Assembly: GCF_009914755.1 (NCBI RefSeq)
Contig: NC_060928.1
DNA from: the human T2T-CHM13v2.0 reference genome, Homo sapiens
Direction: 5' to 3' (one strand)
DNA length: 64,000 bases
Shown here: positions 13,783 to 29,074 of the stretch, piece after piece
Layout of the letters: each line of letters begins with the position of its first letter
How positions within the stretch are numbered: the first letter of the stretch is position 1
Made by a program: the position numbers and the translations under genes
Notes under the pieces: model-generated
The model's input: the letters and a program-made list of their open reading frames with translations, nothing else
Databases searched by the model: none
Told to the model about the DNA's origin: nothing

Positions 13783-14163
13783 AGGCCAGATGCAGTGGCT
13801 CACACCTGTAATCCCAGCACTTTGGGAGGCCGAGATGGGTGAATCACTCGGGGCCAGGAGTTTGAGACCAGCCTGGCCAACATGGCAAAACCCCATCTCT
13901 GCTAAAAATAGAGAAATTAGCTGGGCATAGTGGTACATGCCTGTAATCCCCGCTACTCAGGAGGCTGAGACAGGAGAATCACTTGAGCCTGGAAGGAAGA
14001 AATTGCAGTAAACCGAGATTGTGCCACTCAAACTCCTATGCATTTTCTAAAGCCCAGCTTTGGTGCCACATTTTCTTTTCCTGTAGTGAACAGACATCCC
14101 TTTGAGACAGGGGACTCTGTCTCAAAAATAAAATAAAATAAAATAAAATAATAAAATTTAAAA
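13783..14163 (+). mobile_element. AluS carrying a non-Alu insertion in the right arm
   Basis: TSD AAGACTAGCAAAGTAG; foreign ~65 bp at 14037-14100. Confidence 0.92.
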
Positions 14164-14206
14164 GACTAGCAAAGTAGTCCAAGTGTAAAATAACAAATGT
14201 CTAAAT

Positions 14207-14402
14207 CAGAGATTCTAAACCAGGGGATTATTTTGCCCCCATAAGACATTTCCAATGTCTGGAGACATTTTAGGCTGTCATACCAGGGAGAGTGCTTCTG
14301 GCATCCATGAAGTAGAGACATCCTACAAAGCACAGGAGAATACCCTACCAAAAAGAGTCACCTGACCCACAATGTAAATAGTGCCCAGGTTGAGAAAACC
14401 TG
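14207..14402. mobile_element. MER20 (hAT-Charlie) DNA transposon
   Basis: CAG...CTG termini, caatgtctggagacatttt, aatagtgcccaggttgagaaaacctg; perfect 8-bp TSD GTCTAAAT. Confidence 0.9.
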
Positions 14403-14571
14403 GTCTAAATCAAGGTGGTGGCAAGGGAAAATAAAAGCAAATGACAGATATGAGAATTACTTTCAAGGAAAAGGTGATAGGATTTGATGACTGATTGGGT
14501 TTGGGGGCAAAAATTGGGGAGTAGATAGTTTATAACTTGCGTGGTTGACAAAATTATGACAGCGAAAACAA

Positions 14572-14888
14572 TTTTTTTTGAGACAGGGTCTTGTTCTGTC
14601 ACTTAGGTTGGAGTGCAGTGGCACCATCACAGCTCACTGCAGCCTTGAATTTCCAGGCTCAAGCAATCCTTCCACCTCAGCGGATCTACAGGCATGCACC
14701 ACCATGCCCAGCTAATTTTTTTTCCTTCCTTCCTTCCTTCTCTTTCTTTCTTTCCCTTTTTTCTCTTCCTTTCTCTCCCTTTCCCTTTCCCTTTCCCTGG
14801 CTGATCTCAAACTCCCGGGCTCAAGTGATCCTCCTACCTTGGCCTCCCAAATTGCTGCGATTATAGGCATGAGCCAGTATGCCTGGCC
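14572..14888 (-). mobile_element. AluJ with an expanded CT-rich middle linker
   Basis: gctcactgcagccttg, ctcaagtgatcctcc; (CCTT/CT)n at 14722-14797. Confidence 0.88.
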
Positions 14889-14959
14889 AAAAACCAAAAC
14901 TTTTTTAAAGAAATTGGTAGTAGGAGGAAGGAAGAGTGTAGTGAATATATATTTTTTAA

Positions 14960-15400
14960 TCCTCTCAGTATCCCAATTTTTGGAAACAACCTCTTTCCCA
15001 AAATGTAATGTGATTTGGGTGAGGAAGGTAACACCCGCAACCCCACCCCAAATGGTACTTTCCTTACCTAGGTCTGGCCAATCAGAATCCACTGTATACT
15101 TGGCCTCAGGGAATGGTTCTCTAGGTGGGCATGCGATCCTGCAGGAATTCTACGCATATCACGCATGAAGCTAGCCTGTCTGAGAGCAAAATTAAACAAA
15201 GGCAGGCAGAGGAGAGTGAGTGAACAAGAGAGAGAGAATGAATTTAAATAATATCGTTTAAGCTCCTGGATTCTGCTATGCCTGAAATACAAGATTTAGA
15301 TTTAGATTTCCCAGTTAGATTAAGCCTATATGTTTCCTACTTTGCTTATGCTAGTTTGAGTTGGATTTCTATCACTTTTAAATGAAAAAGTCTCAGCTAA
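14960..15400 (+). mobile_element. MLT1 (MaLR) LTR, old
   Basis: ctggattctgctatgcctgaa, tgctagtttgagttggatttctatcactt. Confidence 0.55.
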
Positions 15401-15829
15401 TTACAAAAGGATGAGATTAGTTTTAGATATGTTAGTAGATGGAAAATATATTGAATAGGTGTAATTTGGGGAGTGGCTACAATTTAGGAGATTGGATTAA
15501 ATTAGAAAATACATTTTGGAAATCATTTCTTTATATGTTACATTTGGATGCGAGAATAGTTGCAATCCTTTGAAACAGGCCAAGGATAGACAGAAATACT
15601 TTGTATTTTATAATTTATAATAAAATAAAAGGGATTATAAATTATTTAAGAAGTCTAAATTATTAACTTGTGATCATTCAGAAATAGTAATTCCAGGAAA
15701 GATGTTGGAAACAAGTTACTTATGAGCTATTGAATTATTTGTAGTTTCCACCACATGTAGAATAGCTTTGAATGTGTTCAATTCTGCTCTATCAACATGT
15801 TAATCATTTGCCCATTTACTCTTAGATTT

Positions 15830-16295
15830 CTTTTTTCTGCTTCCCCTGTTCTGCTCTGTATCACAGAGGGTTGATTTCTGAAAAACACATTACCAGTGCT
15901 TCTTTGCTAGCTGGCTTCTGTTTAGTTTGGTTAGTAAGCATCACTGGCAGGAGTCTGGAACGTAGGCGGGGAGAAGCCAGTGAATGCTCCTCCATTCCTC
16001 GCTTTGGCCAGTACTTCTGATATTGCTTGTGTCTCCTCCGTGGTCCCAGCTTCCCTGGGGAAGCCTTACCCTTGGTGGTCGCAGCACCCACTGAGCAGCC
16101 CCAGCTCCTAAACTGTGGTGAAACCACCTCCTCTAGAAAGGTGATGGTAACTTCCTACTTTTGCAAAGACCTGCCTTCACCATTTGCTGTTTGCCTTTTT
16201 AGCACTTCCCACTTCTTAAGTTCCCATGTTAAATTCTCTCAGTGAAACCACTTGGTCTGGGTTCTTTTTTCCTGACTGTACTCTGACTGATTCAT
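15830..16295 (+). mobile_element. LTR33-like ERVL LTR
   Basis: gctggcttctgtttagtttgg...cactggcaggag; ttaaattctctcagtgaaac...ttcctgactgtactctgactgattca. Confidence 0.55.
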
Positions 16296-18450
16296 TTCGC
16301 TTGTAGTCTCCAATTCAAACCACCAGAAATGGGATGATGAACAGGGGAACCAAAGGAGCACATTGACCATTTCTGCCCCTTCAATTAAATTATATAAGAT
16401 GTATAAAACTATTGTGTTGCTAGTGGTAGACATAGACATAGAAAATATAGTTCATAAGGATCATATAATGTAAAGCCACATATAAACAAAATAAAAATAT
16501 AAAATAGTATAGCTGTAAGTTTTAGAGTTCAGAGGAAGGAGAGGTTGGTGTTAATAGTAGGTAATGGAGGAGATAAGACCAGAGCTGAACTCTAAAGGAT
16601 GAAAAACCAAGTGGTGAAAAAGAACAGCCAGCAAGATGTGGGGGAGAAGGGTGGGGCACAAGGAAGGAACAGGATCGGGCCCGGTGTGTTCACGGATGGA
16701 AGATGGACTGAAGTGAAGGCATGGCAGGGAGGGTGTGTAAATTGTTTCAGATAGCCAAGGAAAAGTCACACCACAGAGGTTCTTCAGTAACAGGAAGAAA
16801 ACCATGAGGTCTCTATTCAGAAAAGCTGAATGGAGAGACTGTCCTTAGACGATGAGGGCTGTAGCCCCTTCTTCATCTGGTTATGAAACACAGAACAAGG
16901 AGTCTGAAAGCCAGATTTTCTTCCCATTAACCACTTTGTAATCTTAAAATCCTTAGGGTCTCGGTTGCCTAATTGCAGAGTAGTTTATAATAAGTAAGAG
17001 TCACCTAAAAAAAGTTCTTTGTTGCTGTTTTTCAAGTTGCTAAGTATTTTAAAGATATTTACTACACACCTAATCTTATACTCTAAGATTAAGAGGTTAG
17101 TTTTATTTTTGCCAATGCCCAATGTACTTTCATAATAAAGATGACTCTAGGTTGCATAAGAGTAACCAGAAAGAAGGGTATTTTTCCTAGTACCTAGTTC
17201 TAGAACATGCTGAATTGAGTGTAACTCTAACCTCAAAAAACTAGAGTAGATAAAATGAAGTAATACTTTTCACACAGTATATTAATTGCTATTAAAAAGT
17301 GAAAGCATACATAACCCCTAGAAAGGGCACGTCATTTGAAACTTGATGAATTTTTTGATAATGAAAATGAAAAGCAACATTAATGCAAAGGTTAAAAACA
17401 ACGTTAGAATTTCTAAGTGAGTTAGTTTGACAAGTGGCTGATGAAATAAAATTCTACATCCCACTTTATATTAAAGTGAATTTGTTTTGTCAGGTGTATT
17501 ATAATTCACATTAGAAAAGCTAGTAATCATTTTACTGTTACTTCCACCTTTATTGTGGGAAGAACTTGGAGAAGCAATAGCTTAGCTCTTATCCAATGCC
17601 AGGAATGAATTGCAGTCGGAACAAACAAAAGACTTAATTTTAACCTTTAAGTGAAAGCAGGAATAGCACACATGTAACTGACATCTTATCCAAGACAGAT
17701 TTTTTAAAAAGAACAAGAAAGAGAATAAGAGAAGTGATGCTAACCGGAACTTTAGCATCTGGAAGAAGAAATCAAACTTAACTTCTACCATTGTATAAAT
17801 TAATATTGGTAAAAATTAGGTTTACATTTTGAGTCTTTGAAAGGATTTTCAACTGTCTTTGAGTCTGTTTTAACTTCCACCAAAACTGTCAGAATACTGA
17901 TAATAAAAAGAATTACAGTAGATATGGTCTATATAATGTTATGAAATGAAGACATATGTGACTCGAGCATAGTTTGCAAAACATGTAATTTCATCTATGG
18001 CTTAAGCTGGGGGTAAGGGGCCTTTAATAGAAAGTAGGTAAAAATAAACCTCTTAACAGAAGGCGAATCAAAACTTACCAGGGTCCCATAACCACGTCAT
18101 TCAATAAAATGAGCAGGCTGGGAAATGAAGAAAAATTAATCCAAAGGGCGTTTTCAGTTCTGAATAACAACATAGCAAAGCAAGAGCTTAATTGTTGCAC
18201 TTCCACAAGATGATGATGATGCTGAGCAGTCTCCTGAGTTTGACAAGAATTTCAGTGAACCCTTAATTGTTAAGTCATTATAACAACTACTGATGTGTCA
18301 TCCCTACTATAATTGCTTTAGGCTCTTTCCAGCACCTGTTTTGCATTTAGTGTTAGCATTAAGAGACTTAACACACATGTAAAATAAGACTATTACTCTG
18401 TCAGCTGCATGTATACATTTGTTATAAAGCTTTTTTAAAAACACACACAC

Positions 18451-18891
<441 letters not shown>

Positions 18892-21059
18892 TTACAAAAA
18901 CCTTGAAAAAAGAGAAAAGCCGTAATTTTCACATAGCCAGTATTCTGAGAAAAGAGGATTTATTTACCTTGGTAGCCACTACATCCTCCACACCTCCTAA
19001 AATGCCTGTGCCCCAACATCATTTACGTGGCCAAAGCTGCTTTCAGCTCAACCTCCTGGCCCATGAAAAGGCTGAGAAGTCATGGAAAATGGAGTCACTG
19101 GAAACAGAAGTGAGCCACGACCCCACCCAGTCTGCTCTTCTCATAGCACCCTTCTGTAACGAGCGGGCAATTTGTAAAAAGAAAGCCCTTGAAAATCACC
19201 TGTTTACGTTCCAGTTCTTTCTCTAAAAACAACCGTGGTCCTTATCTGAATAGATTGACACTGAATTTATGCAGATAATTTACATGAATATTTCAATCTC
19301 CATTGATGGAAGTAGAGGTTTATGGGATCTAACCTCAGAGCCTCATTTGTCAAAACAAAAACAGCCATTATTGGGAGCCTCAGAGTAATTTATTCCCATC
19401 ACAGTATTAAAAATATATGTATCAGGATGCAGCTGTGAGATCAAGGTACCTTCAGGTCCCCTCTCTTGTCAGTCTCTGGAAGGATAAGAAAATGTCCCCA
19501 CTCTGATCACTGAGTCAGTGTAGAACCACAGTCCCCCGGGTGGGTTCTGTGGGATGGTACTTCTGTGAGAATAACTTAAGTTACACTTTAGCAGGAGCGG
19601 CCTGTCCGACCTGCAGCGTTCCGTCAATGGCACACTGGGCAGCAGCTTCCTGTTGATGCCCCAGGGTGGGTATATAACTCATCCTCCACAAGGGAGAGGT
19701 TTTGAAATACTTCTGATATCAAAACTACCCAGTAGCAGGCTGGCCTCCTCAGCCCCAGAGCTGTTTATCTTGTTTTAGAGATGATGTTTCCATTCTTTCT
19801 TTAACATGAAAGCACAGTGGATAGATGGAAGTTTTGAAAACCTGTACCAGAAAGATTTATCAACTAGTCCATTTTATCATCACTTGAGAAGAGTTCAGAA
19901 AGTATGCCTTCCAACATGAACAATCTAGAAAAGAAGAGAGTTAAAATAAACTGCTCTCTAGAGGTACTACACTAAAGAAAAACATAAAGACCTATAGTGG
20001 CTATTCAGGACCTACTATTTTTGGTTTTGGTGACAAAAAATAATTTGGAATAATATCAGTAGCTAAAATAGTGGATATGCAGAGACTGCAAAATGAAACC
20101 ACAACACAGATACAATCTGAAAGTAAATGAGCTGTGACTCTTAAAAAATTAAAAATTCTCATACCCAAAAAATGCAATGCTAAGAGAGTTCTCAAATTTT
20201 TTTTCTATTCCTACTGTAGTAGATAAAAGGCCGTGTATATTTTACAGAAAGAGAAATCCAACTCACAGGACACCCAGAGAGTAAGAGAGTTGTCAAAGAT
20301 TACATAGCAAGGTCACTCTTGATTTTCAGACTCTAAACACACTGCTCTGGCCACATTACTGCACTGTTGTTTCAGAGGTCATTTTACATGAAAGCATGTT
20401 CTCTTTCATTGCCAAAGAAAAAGAAGTAAAAGATTTCACTAGATATATTGGACCAGGTTTAGGTATTAGAGGAAAAACAAAATCACTGGTTTGTTGTGGT
20501 TGACTTAATGCCTTACAGCCTCATTTTCTTAACACTACAAGCCAATAAAATGTTTTACTTTGCACTTTCTTGGAAGCCAGTTGAAAGTCGGCAGATGGTT
20601 TCCCAATGGCCTATCAAGGCACTTTTTCTGATCTCCAACTTTGTGATGGATGTGATATAGTTTTAAACCCAAAAATTTTAGGGCAAACTGTGAGGTTAGA
20701 AGAAAGAAACAGGTGTTGAGTGATACAGAGATACATAGGATCAAGTTACTTGAAACACCATTTTCATTTTCAATTTTTTTTTTTTTTTACTTGAAAGCCA
20801 AGGAAGGGGTTTACTCCCTACAGCGAGGATATTTTGAAGATGAAAATTCAAAGTTGGGGATTTTGGACTAAAGTTGTCTCTCCATCATAGAAAAAGCATG
20901 AGTTTTATGGCTTTTGAAGAAGATTAAGCGAGAGATGGGTCTCTGAGAAAGGCCTGTTAGGGATATGAATTGTTAGGATAGAATAGTGCAAGTGTAGCAA
21001 ATTTCTTTACTCTCTGTGAATGGCATGGAAGGAGATATACAATTGTTTTTGTGGAATTA

Positions 21060-21156
21060 AAGGCATTCTAAAGATTTATGACTTTTTACATTCATTTTAA
21101 GGCATTCTGAAGATTTATGTCTTTTTACATTCATTTTAAGGCATTCTAAAGATTTA
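21060..21156. repeat. 39-bp tandem repeat, 2.5 copies
   Basis: aaggcattctaaagatttatgactttttacattcatttt starting at 21060, 21099 and 21138. Confidence 0.92.
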
Positions 21157-22479
21157 GAACTGAAACTGTAAAATATGAGTCAGGCAATGTCTGCTTTTTG
21201 CAGCTACTGCAGGGTTTGATTTGCAAATGCATTTGATTTGGAGAAATGGCACTTTGTAATTTATCCACTGGCATAATAGATGATCCAACATTCATTTAGT
21301 CCCTTTCCCCATGCTGCTAACAAAATGCATTATGATTTAGTAAAATTACCTGGTATTTGGGGCAGGAAAGGGCCTCGGGAGATTAAAGGTGAGAAGGGGT
21401 TATATTGCAGAATGATGTCTTCTAGGAACTAATCTTGCCCTAGGGCAATACAAAATGAGCAACTGGTGAAGGCAGTTACAGAATAGCTCATATTTGCTTT
21501 TTTCAGCTGAGTCCAGTAATACTTGATGGTTAGCATTACCAGTACATACACACAACTATATTGCATTTCCCTTGGTTTTGCTTTCATCTTATTTAATATT
21601 CCTTCATAACTTTTTACTTAAAACACAGCGTAGAGATGTAGGAAGAAAATCATGTGGGTACATAAATAATTCATGTGCACCTGAAGGCACAAAAATCATG
21701 CTAGACAAAAACAAGTAGTAAGAAAGGTGAACAAGAAGTTAAATCTAAATGTTGTTAGACGGGAAAAAACACCCCAGTGTAAATCTAACTGAAGGAGTCT
21801 GAAATTTAATAAAAAGTGACATGGCTCTCTCAATGAGAATGTATGTAACCTTAATCTTTGGCCCACATCAGGGCAATTAAACTAATTCATCAGGGATTGT
21901 CTTGAGTTTGAATAATTTTAGTGTCTAGAAGATTGTTAATCTTAAGATACAGAACTATCAGCTCAATATAAAGATTTCCAACTCCATTTACAGAGTGTTC
22001 TTCTTTGCCTTCTAAGATAATTTTCTGAACTATGCCCACGCTTCTTAGGAGCATGCCAATCCACTTGCAGACTTCAGTGGCAGTAGCAGTATGTCTCCAG
22101 ACTTTAGAATTAGAGGTTCCAGCACTGACTAAAAGATAGTAACTACTTTTTAAAGATAATATGTGTATTTAAAACGTAAAACATACTTTCAGGGAAAACA
22201 ATTTTAATAGCCTTAGGTTTGATGAGGCTTTACAAAGCATTTAACCATGTTGTATATACTTTAGAGGGATATTTAATAGATTAATATTCATTAGTTTATT
22301 TTCTCAATGTATTGAAGCAAGTACACCAACAGAAAAACAATGCACAGTAACCTAAAATCTCAAAGAAATGTAAGTGCACAGGTATAAAAGGCAGCAAAGC
22401 TACCTTTTTACATATTAGTGTTATACTTCCTTAGGTATGTATTTCCTTTAATTCTATATACTGATAAACTAATGATACT

Positions 22480-22690
22480 AATAATGGTTAACATTTAATA
22501 CTATGTCAGGCACTATGCTGAGTATTTTACAAGATCTATCCCATTTAATCCCCCCAACAACCCTATCAGTTACCACCAATGTATAGGTGAGGGAATGTAG
22601 TACAGATGAGGGAATCTGGATAAGAAACTTGCACAATAATTAATGCCACTAATGACAGAATTATCTGCAATCCAGATCCACTAAAATTTC
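22480..22690. mobile_element. MIR
   Basis: ctatgtcaggcactatgctgag...catttaatcccccaacaaccctat. Confidence 0.6.
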
Positions 22691-22815
22691 TCTCTGACTT
22701 CAATCATTCTTCTTTATAATGAAAGATACTTGCAGCCAAGGAAAAGGAGATCATTTGCAAGTGACTGAAAGGCCACATCCCTATCTAGAATTTTCTTCTC
22801 TGTAACGGTTAAGAT

Positions 22816-23128
<313 letters not shown>

Positions 23129-25429
23129 TAGGTTTGTCTCATAATTATCCTTGGTTTGGGGAATAAAGAATAAAGGAAACAGTCACTGCAAGTCCAGAAT
23201 CATTTCAGACTCCTCACAGGACTGGAGGTTGAATGGGGCACCAACTGCTTGGCTGGAAGGAAGTAAAGAGGAGAAAGGGAGAGATGGGGCAAAGGCAGAG
23301 AAGACAGTGGTGGAGACAGCAGCAGTGATGTTACCTGGCTCTACGATTTCTCTTTACTGATCAGTAGCCAGCCCTTTATTTAATTTTCCTGTGCTCTGTC
23401 CAGGACAAAAGTGTGCTTCCTAGAAAACCCTTGATTTATTAGAGGAGATGTATTCTAAAACAAAAATTGAAAGGGTGTCTATGAAAGAGATTGTGGGAAG
23501 ATGAAAAGGGCATTTCCTCCCCCAAAATGTAGTAAAACACAGGAGGAAATCTGAAAATAAATATAATATTTATCTTACACACACAACAGAATCACATTAA
23601 AATTGCCTTAAACCATTGTCTATAGTAGGGTAATCTAATGATTCTAAGATTTCTTGTTAATTGATGTCCATTCACTTTGAGAAGGATTGAGGAAAGTAAT
23701 AGAGCCTCTTTATTATACTGCAACCTTGCTGATGATGGAGGTTTGGGATTGTATTTTGATTTTTGAGAATGTATGCATTTCTGACCAGGTCTTGGAAGCT
23801 CCAAAATAATAGGGCAGTCTTCAAAGAAAGGCACTTGTAAACTCTTTGGAGAACTATTGAGCCTTTTATCTTGGAAGTCAGCTCTTTATCCACATGCAAT
23901 TAGTCTAAAATACAAATCCTTCCTGAGAAAGTTCATGTAAAAGAAACAGTATTTCTAACAGATTTGTCTCATGCTTTTTACTTACTATAACATCATACTG
24001 GAAGTTGGAAGCAAAGTCAGGGGTCATCCAAATAGGAGTTTCTTCTAAAACTCCCTAAGAAGTAGTCATGTGCTAAACACCATCTGTGGTAGAGAATTCT
24101 ACCTTCATAAGATAGTCATTTCTTCATTATTCTGAAATAGAGTCTGTCCCCCTTCATTATTCCACTCATAGGTAAGAGATCAACTTCTTGGAGCATCAGA
24201 AATTTCTAATCTCTCTGCCACCTAGCAGTCCTTTTACATTTGAAGACAGGTGTACATATAGAAGCCCTTTCTGTCTTGCTATTTTGCAGAGAAAATAACA
24301 TGGGATTTGGGGTCAGTCCTAGATTCAAAATCCAGCTCACCATAAAGCACTTACACAAACCTAGATACAATATTAAATGTCTCTAAGTCTCTGTTTCCTT
24401 AATGAGAAAGCAGAGAAAATAACACCATCCCATTTTATTGATAAATGGATTAATGAGTTCATATATGCAAAGTGCCTTACATTAGAGGTGCTGGATTAAT
24501 TGTGGCCTGTATAATGACTAATTCTGTGGCTTCTGTTTCCCTCGCCCATCCCAGCTGGTTTTCTACTGACACAATAGACTACAGCTTCTCAAACTGGGTG
24601 TTACAAGTGTGCCAACATATTATTTTCTGTGAGTGTCATGGCATTGGGGTGTGCATGAGAGAAAGCATTATAATCATTTTATGTTGTTTCCTGAGTATTA
24701 CAGATTTTTTAGAATAAAAAAGTCTCTCTCCTTTGTCATAAAAATATTCTCTCATTATCAACATTTAAAGAGCAACTAAGAGAAATTTGTTAGTTCTTGA
24801 CAGCGTCTTAGTCCCCCAGCCCTGAGATAAGCAAAGCCTTTTTTACCCATTTGTATCTTACAAATATTACCATTTTCTGGGGTCACCAGGATGGAAAAAG
24901 AAAGTTAGAAACACTGCACTAAAATGTATTAATATCAGTCTTTCCTGCTGTGTGGTACTATATTTAACTAAGTGTTATACTCCAAAAAACTAAGAGTAGA
25001 ATGAATTATGTTCTTCATTTATCCTGGATCTGACACCTCCATTATTGCAGCCTAAAATGGCATTTGGGTTTTAGGAGAGCCACATCAGACTGTTAATTCA
25101 CATTGACCTTGCAGTTAATGAGTACTTTTAGCAGAAATGCAGATTCATTCATTTAAAAAAATATGTATTTTTGAGGTACTTATAATGTGCACTATTCTAA
25201 GCAGTAAGGATGTAGTTTCTAACAATATCAACAAGATTTCTTCCTTTATAAAAATAAAAATAAAAATGCAATTTTAAATAAAGTCAAAGGAATCTACAGT
25301 ATCATTTGAATGTCTTTTTAAAAAGGAATAAAAGGACTCCCAAGTTGCTGCCTTGGCTAATTTCTGATCAGGAGAATAAATACCAGAGCCCAAATGGGAT
25401 AGGAATAACTGCTTTAAAAAAATAAACTA

Positions 25430-25753
<324 letters not shown>

Positions 25754-28399
25754 TCATTTAGTATAAATAAATGCAGAAGGACGCACAATAGGCTGCCTGA
25801 CATTCTTTCAGCCAGTGTGTATTGTAATATGCAACATCTGTCCTACTTGAGCAGGCACGATTTTGTAGTATTCAAATTAATTGACACAATTTGGGATAGC
25901 TTTCTCATAGCAACTACTAGTGGTTCTTTCGATAAAGCAAAGCAGAATTGAGACAGAGAACCTGTCTTTATTTCACTCTTGATTATGACGTCTAAAAATC
26001 AGATAGATGCTTGCATACTTTTGCACATGGCATTGTGACAGGACACACTAGGTTGTGACACAGTGACAAACCCCAAAATCTCAGCAGCCCAAAACACAAA
26101 TTTTAACTATTTCTTGCTATGCTGTATTTCTTTTGCAAGTCGGAAGCAGGACTTTGCCTTTGGTAATTGTTCAGGGATCTTGGCTGGCCAAGCAACTGCC
26201 ATCTTAAATGTTATTCATCACAAAGCCAGAGGGAAAAACAGATGCAGTGAAGCAGATGCTGTCTCTTAAAGCTTTCACTGTCTCTAGACAGAGAAATTAA
26301 TTGCCACACCTAATTCCAAGTGCACAGCAAAGTACAATCCTCCCATGTGTTGAGAAAGAGAGACAGTCTGGGATTTGTAAACCACCATATGATGACCAGA
26401 GGAGCACAAATTGTATTCTTTCCTCCCAAATTACTATCAGAATTAGAATGCTAATTGGATTCTTCCCTCCCAAAGTAATACTACTTTAGGGTCTTCTGAA
26501 TCTTACTTTGACAATTATTCTAATATGACTATTGGTGCAATTTTAATAGTGCATTAAATTTAGGAAGTTCTTATATTATCTGTCAGTTGCCATCATAAAT
26601 CTGGAGTGTATGTATTCTCTAATTAGATATTTCACTTTTTTAATGTCAAAGAAGTAAATCATTTTATCCTTTTGGAATAGAGTAATATTGATGTAAAGTA
26701 CTGACTTAGGTCTCTGAGAGGTATAAATAAATCTGGAATGATGTGGGGGCATTTATGGTTTTTTAATAAATTAGGATTTAGGAATTTATCAACTGTGGGT
26801 GGTTTTGGTTGGCCTGAATGGTGACACTGGCAGAATATTTTTGTGAACTGTTCTGCTTTAGTGTTGGATATGGTACTACTGGAGTCCTTATAAAGTGAAA
26901 CACTGTCTGGAACTCAGTTTGAAAGAAGTATCTGGCTAATAGTCTGTTTGGGCATGTCTTTATTTTATAAAAATTCTGTTGCAAATAAAATTGTATTTTT
27001 TTAATACTGTTCACCTCTAAAGAGTGTGGCTTTGATCTTCCTTTCCTGAATTCCTACAGGCTTTGTGGCTAGTGCCTGTTTTGTTTGTTGATGCTCTATT
27101 GCTCACACATTGGATAGAAGTGAATATTTTTCTCTTATTCTTTGTTTAATACAGAAGGCTGCACTGTGCACTCTCCTCTGTTACTTGAATGCATCTCAAA
27201 CAGTCTTTCAGAACTCCCACATGAGGATGACAATGAAAGTAGTCAGTAATTGTTGATGAAAGCTTTGTAACTTCTGCATCATGTAACAATATTGAATTGT
27301 TAAGAACAAAAGCTAGTCCCTTGACCTCCTTTGCATTCTGAGACGGTTTACAGGAAATTCAGGTATGGCCAAGGTTTTGTTATTCTTCCAACTTAGCAAA
27401 TGCAATATAAGACAGAACTTGATAAAAAATTAACAAGATAATCTGACAAACTGAATATGTATATGACCAGTAAATATTCTCTCTTACTGATAGGTTTGGT
27501 GTTATGTCCCTGAGATATTCTAGAACTGAACTTGTTGAAGAAGATTTACTCATCTTTGCATTTATTATTGCAGTAAAGTCTCCATAAATTATCCATTGTT
27601 TATTATAAAATGTTTATTTTTTGGAAGGCCTGAGTTATAAACACTTATTTCTTGGGAGCATAAACTGAATCTAATGGTTTGTTCAGATTATTTATTACCT
27701 AGCCCATCCATTTTGATACAACTCACAAAAATACTACAGTGCAAAAAAAGAGAACAATAATTGAGAAAATTCAGGATATAAGGAAAACATTAATGAGAAA
27801 AATGCAGCTATGACAGCCATTAAAACTGAGAATCAAAAATTGATACTGCAGCCACATCTCTGATGCTTTGCATTACTAAGATTGCACCAAAACTTCAAAA
27901 ATCACGAAGCTTATTAAATCACATTGCTCTTCCTTTAATTTTAACAAGAATTAAAAATTCTTATTAATAATATATTTAAGAGCAAACATGTTTTTGTTCT
28001 TGAATAAATAATGTAAAATAATTATTATATCTTTATTATAGTCTTTTAAATATTTTAATTATGAGTAATATGGTATCAAGGTAGTACCTGTGTATAATAA
28101 ATACCTCTGGAGGCTACTGATAGCAGAGAGCACAACTGTAGGGAAAGCCTGACTATTAACTTTTGTTCTAAATAGTGAGGGTAGGGGCATGAATAGATTT
28201 ATATTTTGGTGACTGTGAGGAAGATGAATCCAAGGGGTAAGACCAGTTAGACAGTGACAGTAATACCCCAGATTAGAAATAATAAGGACATGGGGCAAAG
28301 AACAAATACAAAAGGAAAGTGGGGGCAAGTTCAAGAAATATTTAAGGGGGAAATCAATGATTTAATAGATATAACAATTGTCTTCATTTTGCAAATTGT

Positions 28400-29030
28400 A
28401 TCCAGGCCAACTTCCCAACGTGTAGACTCCATACACATTTCTAAAATATTTTGTCATGAGATACATCACACATGCAAAGGGTTTAGAGTATATATATGCA
28501 CAACTTAAAGAATAACAATAACACGAACAACCTTGCTTTTCTACCTTGCTTCAACTTAAGAAAGGGAATATTATGAGAAACTTAGAAGCCCCTGGCGGCC
28601 CCTCACCAGTCAGAGCTGCCTTTCTTCTTCTAGAGCTAACCACTATGCTGAAACTTGTATTAAGCATTCTTTTGCTTTCCTTAGGATTTTACCATTTGTA
28701 TTATATATAAAAAAGGTATCTCTAAACAACATATCGCTTAATTTTGCCTGCTTTTATGTATCTATTAATATACAAAATTGATATACAAATACAACCATGT
28801 TTTGATATACCAATTAATGATATACCAGCACAACTATATTTTGTGTATTACTGTGATACATTTCTTTTGTTTTGCCTTAGGTTTGTGAGCCATCTGTGTT
28901 GACATATGTGATTGTAGTGGAATAATATTTGTTACTTAATACCTTCCAGTGTATGATTATACAACAGATTATATATCCATCCTCCTGTTGATGAGTGCTT
29001 CTAACTTTCTGCTATTAAGCATAACACCCT
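28400..29030 (-). mobile_element. Old L1M 3' fragment
   Basis: ctagagctaaccactatgctgaa, tatatccatcctcctgttgatg; continues at about 30030-30900. Confidence 0.55.
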
Positions 29031-29074
29031 ATCTACCAGTTAAGACTGGTTGTAACAAAATAAAGAAGAATGCT

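Noticed and set aside
21060-21156. CRISPR-like array (repeat length near CRISPR range)
   Set aside because: Head-to-tail units without spacers, eukaryotic context, no cas genes
24215-24228. CTCF-like motif (minus strand CTGCTAGGTGGCAG) and a weaker one near 56030
   Set aside because: Each mismatches the core; single motifs are not supportable without ChIP data
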